Below are positions 9,784-18,223 of a stretch of 64,000 nucleotides of DNA, piece after piece (positions within the stretch are counted from its first letter, which is position 1; each line of letters opens with the position of its first letter). The translations under genes were made by a program, and so were the position numbers. The notes beneath the pieces are model-generated. The model was not told the origin of the DNA. It saw only the letters and a program-made list of their open reading frames with translations, and did not search any database. Source of the DNA: an uncultured virus (IMG/VR IMGVR_UViG_3300045006_000529) (Duplodnaviria > Heunggongvirae > Uroviricota > Caudoviricetes); IMG/VR virus record IMGVR_UViG_3300045006_000529; one strand, 5' to 3'.

Positions 9784-10531
9784 ATGAGCAAGAGCAGAAT
9801 CCTGGATCACCTCCGCAGGCTTCCGAGGGATAATCTCTTTCTCAGCTTTATCATCCAAGCCTTAAGTGACTATCTGGAGCTTCCCCAGGAGATAGATTTG
9901 AGGGGGAGAAAGGTTGTCAATCGGCTATGGTTGTCTGCCGAGGCATTTATTTTAGGGTTCCACCAGAGGGCAATGGTATTCATCGACCCGCAATCAGGAG
10001 AGGCCGTCCTGGTTGAGAAAGGACAACCCTATGTCTCTTCTTACATGGGGCTGACAACAGCAGAGATAGTTGCTCTCGCTAATCTATCTCCTGCCATGTG
10101 GCAGCAAATCAAGAGGGACATTTTGAAAACCGCTGCTGAGGGAGAGAAAGATGCCACAGTTTGACTGGCAGGTTAATCCCGACAACTACAGGTTTTTCAT
10201 GGTGAGAGATATAGAAATCAGTAGTCTTGGTTCAAACCTACGGAGACTCGTGTCACTCCTTGACCCCGATCTCCCCATCATCCTCTTGAGGGACAGGAAG
10301 AGTATCGGCAGCCTCTTCAGAGACGTGGAGTTTGAGGGGGTCTCTGACGAGTCGAGACAGGAGATCTCTGAGGACGTCAACGCTGTGGACAAATGGATCG
10401 TGGCCAACCATCAATGGCACCTAGCCTTCAACCAGCAGATCAGGCCGATTCCCTTCATGACAGATGAAGAAAAGGAAGCTCTGCTGGAAGAAATCTCCCC
10501 GCAACACGCAGCTGCGTTAACAGGATTCTAG
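9784..10531 (+). CDS. two hypothetical ORFs (9784-10164, 10151-10531)
   Basis: AGGAG/GGAG RBS; 126 aa each. Confidence 0.6.
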
Positions 10532-10540
10532 GAGCAAGAC

Positions 10541-11587
10541 ATGTCGCCGTTTACTGAGGCCCTACAGGATCAGATCAACAGAATAAACAAGAAAGTCAAG
10601 GGGTCTAAGCTGGGCTCCCTTGCCGACATCTGCAAGCCTGTGCCCTTTGTTCTATCTACTGGTTCTCTAGCAGTTGATATAGCCTTGGGCATAACCGGGG
10701 AGGAAAACCCAGGTTGTTTTGGCATGCCCGGAGGGCGCATTATCGAGATCAAGGGGCTAGCAAACGCGGGCAAAACTACGGCAGGCCTTAACCTGATCCG
10801 TAGTAGTCTGGCCCTCGGAAAGGGAGCTGCTCTTCTAGAGACTGAGACCTCGATGGACCCTTCCTATCCTCAGGCTCTGGGAATTGATCCAACCCAGATT
10901 GTCTATGACCAGCCCCTTTGTCTGGAGGATGCCTTGAACAAGGCATATTATCTAGCGGAAACCGGGGCTTTTGGCGTCATTGTCGTCGATTCCCTTGTCA
11001 CTCGGACCAGAGCTGAGATTGAAGGAGCCATTGGTGATTCTCACGTTGGCATTGCTGCCAGAGAGATTGGCGAGTTCCTGAGGAAGGTGGCTCCGGTTGC
11101 CAGGGCAAATGACACAATGATAGTCCTGCTGAATCAGATCAGGATGAAGGTGGGTGTGATGTTCGGCAATCCGGAGACAACACCCGGAGGACTAGCCCTA
11201 CAATACTTTGCAAGCGTGCGTCTCTCGCTCAGACCTGCAACCGCGATTAAGCGGGGGGACGATATTATAGGGCACGAAGTCAAGGCCAAGATCGAAAAGA
11301 GTAAGCTCGGCCGGGACGGCCGAACGGCTATCTTCTCGTTAACCATGGGACAGGGCATAGATGATGACACCGATCTGCTAAACATGGGTATCGAAACCCA
11401 ACAGGTCAAGAGAAGTGGTCCGTGGTATCTCTTTGGCGAGAAACAGCTTGGGCAGGGTAAAGCCAGTGCCGTTCAGTTCCTCAAGGACAACCCTGACGTG
11501 AGGGAAGACATCAGGGACAAGATCATCGCAAGTGCCTCTAACATTTCCCCTTCCGAAGACACGTCTGAGGAAAGCGATGCAGACTGA
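10541..11587 (+). CDS. recA: RecA recombinase
   Basis: STGSLAVDIALG, GRIIEI.G...GKTT Walker A, VVDS, NQIRMKVGVMFGNPETTPGG.AL, LGQGK. Confidence 0.95.
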   Translation: MSPFTEALQDQINRINKKVKGSKLGSLADICKPVPFVLSTGSLAVDIALGITGEENPGCFGMPGGRIIEIKGLANAGKTTAGLNLIRSSLALGKGAALLETETSMDPSYPQALGIDPTQIVYDQPLCLEDALNKAYYLAETGAFGVIVVDSLVTRTRAEIEGAIGDSHVGIAAREIGEFLRKVAPVARANDTMIVLLNQIRMKVGVMFGNPETTPGGLALQYFASVRLSLRPATAIKRGDDIIGHEVKAKIEKSKLGRDGRTAIFSLTMGQGIDDDTDLLNMGIETQQVKRSGPWYLFGEKQLGQGKASAVQFLKDNPDVREDIRDKIIASASNISPSEDTSEESDAD

Positions 11588-12191
11588 CCTCTTTTCTCCG
11601 AAGGGTACGCCTCCTTCTTCAGTGGAAGACCTTATCCAGGACGTCTTGCAGTGCTCTGCCTGTCCAAGCAGGACTCTTGTCACCCGCCCTGTTCCAGGGC
11701 GGGGGTGTCATTCCCCCGTAATCATGTTTGTGGGGGAGGCCCCCGGATCCGTAGAGGACCAAGTTGGGGAGCCTTTCAGAGGTTTGTCGGGAAGACTCCT
11801 CGACTCTATGCTCAGGGACGCGGGTATTCCTGAGGAGGTTTGCTACTTTACCAACCTCTTGCGGTGCAGACCCCTGGAGAACAAGCTGCCGAGCAATTTT
11901 TTGGCCTCCCCCTGTTTGCTATTTCTTAGGAGGGAGGTAACGCTGCTGAAACCCATGTATATTGTATCCTTGGGGGGTCCAGCTACTGAGTATTTTCTGG
12001 ATAAGAGAATTAGCAGGCTGTCTCTACTAGTAGGCAGCCGTTTTCCACTTTCCGAGCACACTACGCTAATTCCCCTATTTCATCCCTCTGCTGCTCTAAG
12101 GGGAGGCGGAAGATCTTCCCAGTACTACAAGAGGAACGTTGATTTGCTTATACCTCTAGCAGGAGAAGGAGGGCTGCATGCCACCTCATGA
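11577..12191 (+). CDS. family-4 uracil-DNA glycosylase (Fe-S)
   Basis: CSAC, GEAPG..ED..G.PF.G.SG.LLD, TN..RCRP..N and HPSA; ATG 11577 behind GAGGA. Confidence 0.9.
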   Translation: MQTDLFSPKGTPPSSVEDLIQDVLQCSACPSRTLVTRPVPGRGCHSPVIMFVGEAPGSVEDQVGEPFRGLSGRLLDSMLRDAGIPEEVCYFTNLLRCRPLENKLPSNFLASPCLLFLRREVTLLKPMYIVSLGGPATEYFLDKRISRLSLLVGSRFPLSEHTTLIPLFHPSAALRGGGRSSQYYKRNVDLLIPLAGEGGLHATS

Positions 12192-12534
12192 GGGTGAGAG
12201 TTGTACTCTCGTTTACCGCACCCATGACTTGGGCCTAGCCGCCTACCTTGCGACTATGGGATTCTCCTGCCAGCGGACGCTGGAGTGGGAAACCACTGTG
12301 GGCAAGAAGAGGCGTGCAACATTCGTCCTCTCTCTATGTGGAGACAATGACAAGGGAAGTTCAGAGGATAACGAAGTATATCTTGATACGCTACTTGACC
12401 ATTGGTACAACAACAAGCCAGACTGCCCTGCCAAGCTTTACAAAGCATACTTGGACAGTCTTAAGATGCTTTTGAGAGAAAGCCGAGACCAGATGGTCTC
12501 GTCAGATGACCCACAACAAAATGAAACGGAGTAG
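12178..12534 (+). CDS. DUF5659-like small phage protein
   Basis: YRTHDLGLAAYL...GF motif. Confidence 0.5.
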   Translation: MPPHEGESCTLVYRTHDLGLAAYLATMGFSCQRTLEWETTVGKKRRATFVLSLCGDNDKGSSEDNEVYLDTLLDHWYNNKPDCPAKLYKAYLDSLKMLLRESRDQMVSSDDPQQNETE

Positions 12535-12540
12535 TAGAAC

Positions 12541-13815
12541 ATGGGAAAGACCGTCACTACGGTAGCCACGCTGTCTCACGCCGAGCTGCGGAGGGCGATG
12601 AGAGTTGCTTATGCCACCAAAGCCCCTGCGTTTATCTCAGGGAGGCTTGGCATTGGCAAATCAATGGAGATCCTGCGGCTGTCTGAGGAGCTTGCCGCCT
12701 CTCAGGGGCGGAAGTTTCTCAACTGGAATGCTGTTTCCCTCCCGGAGAAGCGGGAAGCGACCACAAGCCCAGGGAAGTTCTTCATATTCGCCGACGATAG
12801 ATTCTCCCAGAAAGATACGGTAGATCTGAAAGGGCTCCCCGCATTCAACGAGGGGGATGCCGTAGTCTGGAAGCCCAACCTCTTGGTGCTTGCCCTTTCG
12901 CACCCTGACTCAGCCGGGATCTGGTTTCTGGATGAACTCAACCTGGCTCCGCCGACAGTGCAAGCGGCAGCCTATCAGGTAATCCATGACCGTCAGGTGG
13001 GCGAATATGCCTTAGGCCCTGGTGTATATGTCTGCGCGGCCGGTAATACACACCAGGACCGGGCCAATGTATTCCACTTGCCAGCCCCGCTGGCTAACAG
13101 ATTCGTCCACTTCGAGCTTGCCGTTCCCAACATCGAGAGATGGCAGGAATGGGCAATTCCTCAAGATGTACCCCCGCAGATCATCTCCTTCCTCAGCTGG
13201 AGGCCTTCTCTTCTATTCTCATTTGACTCCTCTACTTCAGAGAGCGCCTTTCCCACTCCCAGATCTTGGGCACGGGCTGGCACTCTGATTCAGGATGTCC
13301 TAAGGAACAGTACGAGAGAAACACCGGATTTCGACTTTCTTTACATTCTCACAGCGTGTGCCGTAGGGTCCGGAGCAGCGAGCGAGTTTATCTCCTTTCT
13401 CAGAACGCGGGAGAGTCTGGATCTCATTTCGTTCCTCAAGGATCCGGAGAAGCTTTCTTCTCTTGGAGACCACGTAGACAGGAAGTGGGCAGCTGTGACC
13501 GGCCTGGCCGAACTGTACCGGGCCAATCGCTCCCGCGACAAGGAGGGAGGGACGGCCAGAGAATGTTCACCCGACCGGGAAGACCTGGTGAGAACCGGTC
13601 GGGGGAAGAAAAAGAGGGAGGGCAGCCGCGAAGACGCAGTCGAGCTGGCAACACTTGACGCGATTTTCAAAGCCGCATGCCACCTGGATGGAGAGTTTGC
13701 GGTTCTGCTCGGCAGACTCGCACGCCAGGTGGACCGTGCTTACTTCCTGGCCACAGTGTTAAGTCTCCCCTCCTACGAGGACTTCAAGAACCGGTTCGTG
13801 CACTTGTGGAGCTAA
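12541..13815 (+). CDS. MoxR-like AAA+ ATPase
   Basis: GRLGIGKS Walker A, DLKGLP, FLDELN Walker B, AAGN, PLANRF.H and FPTPRSW. Confidence 0.88.
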   Translation: MGKTVTTVATLSHAELRRAMRVAYATKAPAFISGRLGIGKSMEILRLSEELAASQGRKFLNWNAVSLPEKREATTSPGKFFIFADDRFSQKDTVDLKGLPAFNEGDAVVWKPNLLVLALSHPDSAGIWFLDELNLAPPTVQAAAYQVIHDRQVGEYALGPGVYVCAAGNTHQDRANVFHLPAPLANRFVHFELAVPNIERWQEWAIPQDVPPQIISFLSWRPSLLFSFDSSTSESAFPTPRSWARAGTLIQDVLRNSTRETPDFDFLYILTACAVGSGAASEFISFLRTRESLDLISFLKDPEKLSSLGDHVDRKWAAVTGLAELYRANRSRDKEGGTARECSPDREDLVRTGRGKKKREGSREDAVELATLDAIFKAACHLDGEFAVLLGRLARQVDRAYFLATVLSLPSYEDFKNRFVHLWS

Positions 13816-13817
13816 CT

Positions 13818-15227
13818 ATGGCCAAGAGTCCTAGCAAAAAAGATATTGAGAAGGACGCCAAGTGGGAGGCTCTTGTCAGAGAGGCTTCTGAGAAGATCCT
13901 GAGGGAGAAGATTCTTCTTCAGCACGAGGAATCGGGGGTACCCTTCTTGTACGCCCTGATATCCAAGCTGAAGTTGAGACCTATTTCCCAAGAGGAGTGG
14001 GACCGCATTGCCGCCAAGGGCAAGAGGGCCGCTCAGAGGGCCACGGCCAGTATCGACCCTAGGGGTAATTTGTTATGGAGTCCAGAATATATAACGGGTC
14101 TCTCAAGCCAAGAAGTCCGAGGTGTGTTAGCCCACGAAGCCCTACATGTCGCCCTTCTCCACCTGCTGCGCTGTGGCGGGCGGGACATGGATATGTGGAA
14201 CACAGCCATTGACATAGTGGTAAATACAGCTGTTGCATCGATGTCGCTCAGGGACGCTTCTCAGTCTCCCCGCCTCCCGGAGGGAGGACTAATTCCCCAA
14301 CACTCCAGCGACAAGGGGTGGACGATCAAGATTCCTCTTTCCGAGGATAAGAAGGGGCCTTGTATTGTCCTAGAACAACTTGAGGCAAAGAGTGCAGAGC
14401 ACATATATGAGGAGCTCCAGAACCAAGCCTCCCAGAAAGGAGGGGGTGGCGGGGGTAGGCCTAAGCTCGTCTTCCGAGGACACGACCTTCACCAGAACGG
14501 TAATTCAGTCGATCCAGAGACAGGAGAAAGCACACCGATAGACCAGTCTACGTCCGACCGGCTAGCCAACGAATGGAGGCGGAATCTAGCCGAGGCAGCA
14601 CAGGTTCATAAGACGACAACCCGGGGGACACTCCCGGGGACGCTAGAGCAGCTTTTCGAAGAGGTACTCCGTGACCGAACGGACTGGAGGAGCGTCCTTT
14701 ACCGCTTTATCACACAACACCTTCCGTCAGACTTCACCTGGTCCCGACCGTCGAAGAAGTCCCTTGCTTTGGATACCTACTTCCCGCTGGTCATAAGAGA
14801 GGGAATCGAAGGCATAGTGGCTATTGACACCTCAGGTTCCATGAGTGACGAGCTTGTTGCCATTTGCATCGGGGAGGTCCAGAGCATTCTTAGATCCTTT
14901 ACCAACATCTCCATCAGGGTAATTACTTGCGACGCCAAAGTTCAGGACTGCTTTGAGCTAACTGGTGAAGATGCTCCTGTCATCTCTCGGAAGATTACTA
15001 TCCGAGGGAGGGGCGGCACGAGCCATGTTCCAGTAGCCAAGTACATCAAGAAGCACTTCCCTCATACCAAGTTTATTCTCTGTTTGACGGATCTAGCTAC
15101 TGAGTTCCCCGAAAAGGAGGACAAAGTAGGCAGCTGGATCTGGGCTGCCCCTAGGGGGTGTCAAGAGTATATGTCAGATGTGCCAGACTCTCTGGCAGAT
15201 GACTTCTTTGTATGGCTCGAAGAGTAG
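13818..15227 (+). CDS. DUF2201-type metallopeptidase + vWA domain protein
   Basis: HEALH (HExxH), WN.A.D..VN, DTSGSM MIDAS, GRGGT and LTD; typical partner of the upstream MoxR ATPase; ATG 13818. Confidence 0.85.
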   Translation: MAKSPSKKDIEKDAKWEALVREASEKILREKILLQHEESGVPFLYALISKLKLRPISQEEWDRIAAKGKRAAQRATASIDPRGNLLWSPEYITGLSSQEVRGVLAHEALHVALLHLLRCGGRDMDMWNTAIDIVVNTAVASMSLRDASQSPRLPEGGLIPQHSSDKGWTIKIPLSEDKKGPCIVLEQLEAKSAEHIYEELQNQASQKGGGGGGRPKLVFRGHDLHQNGNSVDPETGESTPIDQSTSDRLANEWRRNLAEAAQVHKTTTRGTLPGTLEQLFEEVLRDRTDWRSVLYRFITQHLPSDFTWSRPSKKSLALDTYFPLVIREGIEGIVAIDTSGSMSDELVAICIGEVQSILRSFTNISIRVITCDAKVQDCFELTGEDAPVISRKITIRGRGGTSHVPVAKYIKKHFPHTKFILCLTDLATEFPEKEDKVGSWIWAAPRGCQEYMSDVPDSLADDFFVWLEE

Positions 15228-15556
15228 CGAATTCTACAGGCTCGTCGGCAACATGGACACTTGTGTCTGGTGTCCACCTCGCCAAGGGTTTTCTTTACAT
15301 CGTCGGGTCTACAGACGAAGAAAACTGCTACTTTCCCCTCCGCCTTGTGGTATCACCCTCCAAAGTTACCAAAAGGGAAGCCAAGAAGACAGGAGACCTC
15401 TGCACGACGTGCAAGGTCTGCCTTCTCAACTTTCCGAGCTGTCGGCTCTCACGAGGCTCTCGTTGGATCCTTGATTCACCCCCTGACTTAAGCGAAATAG
15501 CCCCTTTCCTGAGCCCTGACGATGTTATTCGGATCCGTACCCTTCTACAGCTGTGA
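15212..15556 (+). CDS. class-1 tail protein (IAPFLSPDDVIRIRTLLQL*)
   Basis: 19-aa stop-anchored tail; first of a 6-gene array. Confidence 0.55.
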   Translation: MARRVANSTGSSATWTLVSGVHLAKGFLYIVGSTDEENCYFPLRLVVSPSKVTKREAKKTGDLCTTCKVCLLNFPSCRLSRGSRWILDSPPDLSEIAPFLSPDDVIRIRTLLQL

Positions 15557-15819
15557 GGTGTAAGCAGTTGGCCTCGTGGGTTCCAATCCTTGAGACTAGG
15601 GACAACTTTTTTGTCTACCTTGTCACGCTCGAAGACGGACGGGAAGCATTAGCGTTAAGCAGAGGTATTCCTGAAAGCACGGGCAGGACTGTTTACATAC
15701 CAGCCATCAGGGTTGCCGACTTTGTCTCAGGGGGGACAGAGGGAATGTTCTCGAAACCCTTCATGGACTTCCTTGTTCCAGAAGAGGTCTCTAGTCTGAG
15801 ACCCCTCCTGACCTTGTGA
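15553..15819 (+). CDS. class-1 tail protein (FMDFLVPEEVSSLRPLLTL*)
   Basis: Tail register; GTGA overlaps. Confidence 0.6.
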   Translation: MRCKQLASWVPILETRDNFFVYLVTLEDGREALALSRGIPESTGRTVYIPAIRVADFVSGGTEGMFSKPFMDFLVPEEVSSLRPLLTL

Positions 15820-16220
15820 TGCTGGAGCTACCTTTGGGGCCATACAAGTGGACATGGATACCCCTTCTGAAACTTCCAGACACGGAGGAGACGCTCTATC
15901 TCGCATTCCGTCAGGAAGTGGCATCCAAGACAGGAAGAGAGTGTGACGACCCCCTTGCTCTCATCCTCCTTCTGAAAGACGCTCATGCCCAGGCTCTTCT
16001 TGGCAAAGACGCACGCAACGTTGTCCTTAGCAACCACAACGAGGATAGGGGATCTGCCCTGAAGTGGTCTTACTGTTACTACTTTGCCTCATATCCCAGG
16101 TGGGAGAAGTATACACCACCAGACAATTACGGCAGCGGAAGCTTCAGCAAATACAGAGAGCTGGCTGACTACCTGGGGCCCGCAATCGTAAGAGATGTAG
16201 CTGCCCTCCTTAAGCTGTAA
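15816..16220 (+). CDS. class-1 tail protein (LADYLGPAIVRDVAALLKL*)
   Basis: Tail register; W.WIPL motif shared with the following paralogs. Confidence 0.65.
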   Translation: MMLELPLGPYKWTWIPLLKLPDTEETLYLAFRQEVASKTGRECDDPLALILLLKDAHAQALLGKDARNVVLSNHNEDRGSALKWSYCYYFASYPRWEKYTPPDNYGSGSFSKYRELADYLGPAIVRDVAALLKL

Positions 16221-16231
16221 ATGGAGCATTT

Positions 16232-16678
16232 GTGAACTACTCCACCCTTAGCAGGGACGCTCCCATTGTCTGGCATTTCGGAGAGGCCGTCTGGATCTTT
16301 CTGAAGGGACTGAAGACGCCTTATACTCTGAAGACCGGCAGATACCTCTGTTTGATGGTAGCTAAGAATGGGGGCCAGCTGAAAGGCAACCTTGCCAAAG
16401 TAGTGTTTCTCACAGAAACAGAATTTGCGAGTCTTCAAAATTATGTTATTAGCCTCCCTGAGCACGGTATATCCAACGTAAGTGTTCCCTCCATGTGGCA
16501 TCTCAGTGATTACTACCCAAACGCTCCATCCTGCTTGATAGAGGCCCTTCTTGAAAGGCCCCCTTCGCACCCACTGTGGAGCAGTAGTCCTACACTGAGC
16601 GGCGATTCTCCTAAGTCCTTCTTCGAGGCTGTAGGAGCGGAAACATACGAAGAGGTTACAACTCTCCTTTCCCTATGA
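16232..16678 (+). CDS. class-1 tail protein, WHFG subfamily (FFEAVGAETYEEVTTLLSL*)
   Basis: Clear paralog of the next two ORFs (WHFG.A.WI.LKG...YTL.TGR...K.VFLT..EF..LQ). Confidence 0.75.
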   Translation: MNYSTLSRDAPIVWHFGEAVWIFLKGLKTPYTLKTGRYLCLMVAKNGGQLKGNLAKVVFLTETEFASLQNYVISLPEHGISNVSVPSMWHLSDYYPNAPSCLIEALLERPPSHPLWSSSPTLSGDSPKSFFEAVGAETYEEVTTLLSL

Positions 16679-16696
16679 GCAAGGAGCCCAACTGGC

Positions 16697-17107
16697 ATGA
16701 CTCAGTCCTCTAGCCCCTGGCATTTTGGGGATGCCACCTGGATACTGCTAAAAGGACCGGGGACGTCCTACACTCTGAGGACTGGAAGGCACCCCTACTT
16801 AATAACAACTGAGGAACGTGGACAACCTGGAGGGAACTACCCCAAGCTGGTGTTCCTCACCAAGGCAGAGTTTGCAAGGCTCCAGGCACAGGCTATAAAG
16901 CTAGGGCCGCATAGTCCCCCTTTTTCCGGGGGCATCCCTTCCTTTTCAGTCGTTGAGGAGATCTGTCCGCGCGCTCCCGTTTGTACAGTCAGGGCTCTCC
17001 TTACAGGGCATGAGGACTTTCTCCTCTCCGACCGGGCCCAGGCATGCTTTGCCAAGACTATAGGCATGGATGTCTATAAAGAGATCCTAGCTCTTCTTTC
17101 TTTGTAG
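16697..17107 (+). CDS. class-1 tail protein, WHFG subfamily (FAKTIGMDVYKEILALLSL*)
   Basis: Paralog motifs as in 16232-16678. Confidence 0.75.
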   Translation: MTQSSSPWHFGDATWILLKGPGTSYTLRTGRHPYLITTEERGQPGGNYPKLVFLTKAEFARLQAQAIKLGPHSPPFSGGIPSFSVVEEICPRAPVCTVRALLTGHEDFLLSDRAQACFAKTIGMDVYKEILALLSL

Positions 17108-17123
17108 GCCCTGCTACCCCCCC

Positions 17124-17558
17124 TTGGAGGGATCTATGGGTTGCCTCGCTACTGATGGAGCCGCCCCTGATATCTGGCGATACGGAGATTCTGTCTGGAT
17201 ACCCTTAAGAGGGTTAGGGGGTTCCTATACTTCGAGAACTGGGAGACGCCCTTACCTGCTAACAGCTGAGGAAGGCAAGCAAAGCCCGTGGAACCTCCCC
17301 AAGCTAGTATTCCTCACGGAAGTAGAGCTTGAAGGACTCCAGGCATACGTTATAGAGCAAGGGATACATAGTTCCAGTGCTCCAGCAGGCCTCCCTCTGA
17401 TAGGAACCATCGCCCTAGTCTGCCCGGGCGCCCCTGCCTATGTAGTAGAGACCCTCCTTGCAGGAGAGAGGGCTCTCCACGGTAACTTCGCGGACTACTT
17501 CATTGCAACCATAGGTAAGGACACCTACGAAGAGGTGGTGTCCCTTCTTTCTCTGTAG
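17124..17558 (+). CDS. class-1 tail protein, WHFG subfamily (FIATIGKDTYEEVVSLLSL*)
   Basis: Paralog motifs as in 16232-16678. Confidence 0.75.
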   Translation: MEGSMGCLATDGAAPDIWRYGDSVWIPLRGLGGSYTSRTGRRPYLLTAEEGKQSPWNLPKLVFLTEVELEGLQAYVIEQGIHSSSAPAGLPLIGTIALVCPGAPAYVVETLLAGERALHGNFADYFIATIGKDTYEEVVSLLSL

Positions 17559-17762
17559 GCCAGTAGCCGATCCAACTGTTCAGGAGAGTGTATACATGAG
17601 GGCACTGTTCTGGCGAGGTTACAGAGATAGTGCGGAACGAGGAGAAGACTGGCCTGGAGATGACCAAACTCCTGATCGCGCAACGATCTGACCCAGAATT
17701 CCTCGGCTTGACGAAGGATGGAGAAGACAGCAAGGGACACAGAGTCATCTATGGAGGAGACA

Positions 17763-17882
17763 ATGACGATTGAACAACGAGTAGCAATCTTGATAGATTG
17801 GTACAACCGACCAGAACTGCGCGCTATAGCATCTGTTGACGTCAAGCATTTCATCGATCACGTAAACGGGGATGTACAATGA
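17763..17882 (+). CDS. 39-aa small protein not in the ORF track (MTIEQRVAILIDWYNRPEL...)
   Basis: GGAGGA RBS; ATGA overlap with the next gene. Confidence 0.5.
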   Translation: MTIEQRVAILIDWYNRPELRAIASVDVKHFIDHVNGDVQ

Positions 17883-18211
17883 GTTTGTTCAAGCCTGGAG
17901 AGCAGGGGACGTTAGTGGTTCTTCCTTACCTCCTCGCAGTAGCGACCGGCGTGCAACAGGTATTTATCATCCACCCTCGATACAGGCTTACGTATGTAGA
18001 CGGTACAACCGAAGAAGCCGTTCTACCCGACAGCGTGGGTCGTGGGTTGACGGAAAACTTCTTCCAGCTAGTGGGGGCTGTACAGGAAGCTGCACGTATC
18101 TGTGGGCGTTGTGTCCACTTCATCCGAAGAGGAGATAGCGGTGGAATGTGCGGCCTGTGTGACCACGCTTGTGGCGAGGACTTTGCGTGCGAATCCTTCG
18201 AGGCCGCATAG
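17879..18211 (+). CDS. hypothetical protein with C-terminal Cys cluster
   Basis: CGRCVHF...C...C..F motif. Confidence 0.55.
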   Translation: MSLFKPGEQGTLVVLPYLLAVATGVQQVFIIHPRYRLTYVDGTTEEAVLPDSVGRGLTENFFQLVGAVQEAARICGRCVHFIRRGDSGGMCGLCDHACGEDFACESFEAA

Positions 18212-18223
18212 GAAAAATACTAC

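Noticed and set aside
17085..17558. Polypyrimidine + TAG ends resembling eukaryotic splice acceptors
   Set aside because: These are Leu/Ser codons of the LLSL* tail in a genome with prokaryotic RBS and operon structure.
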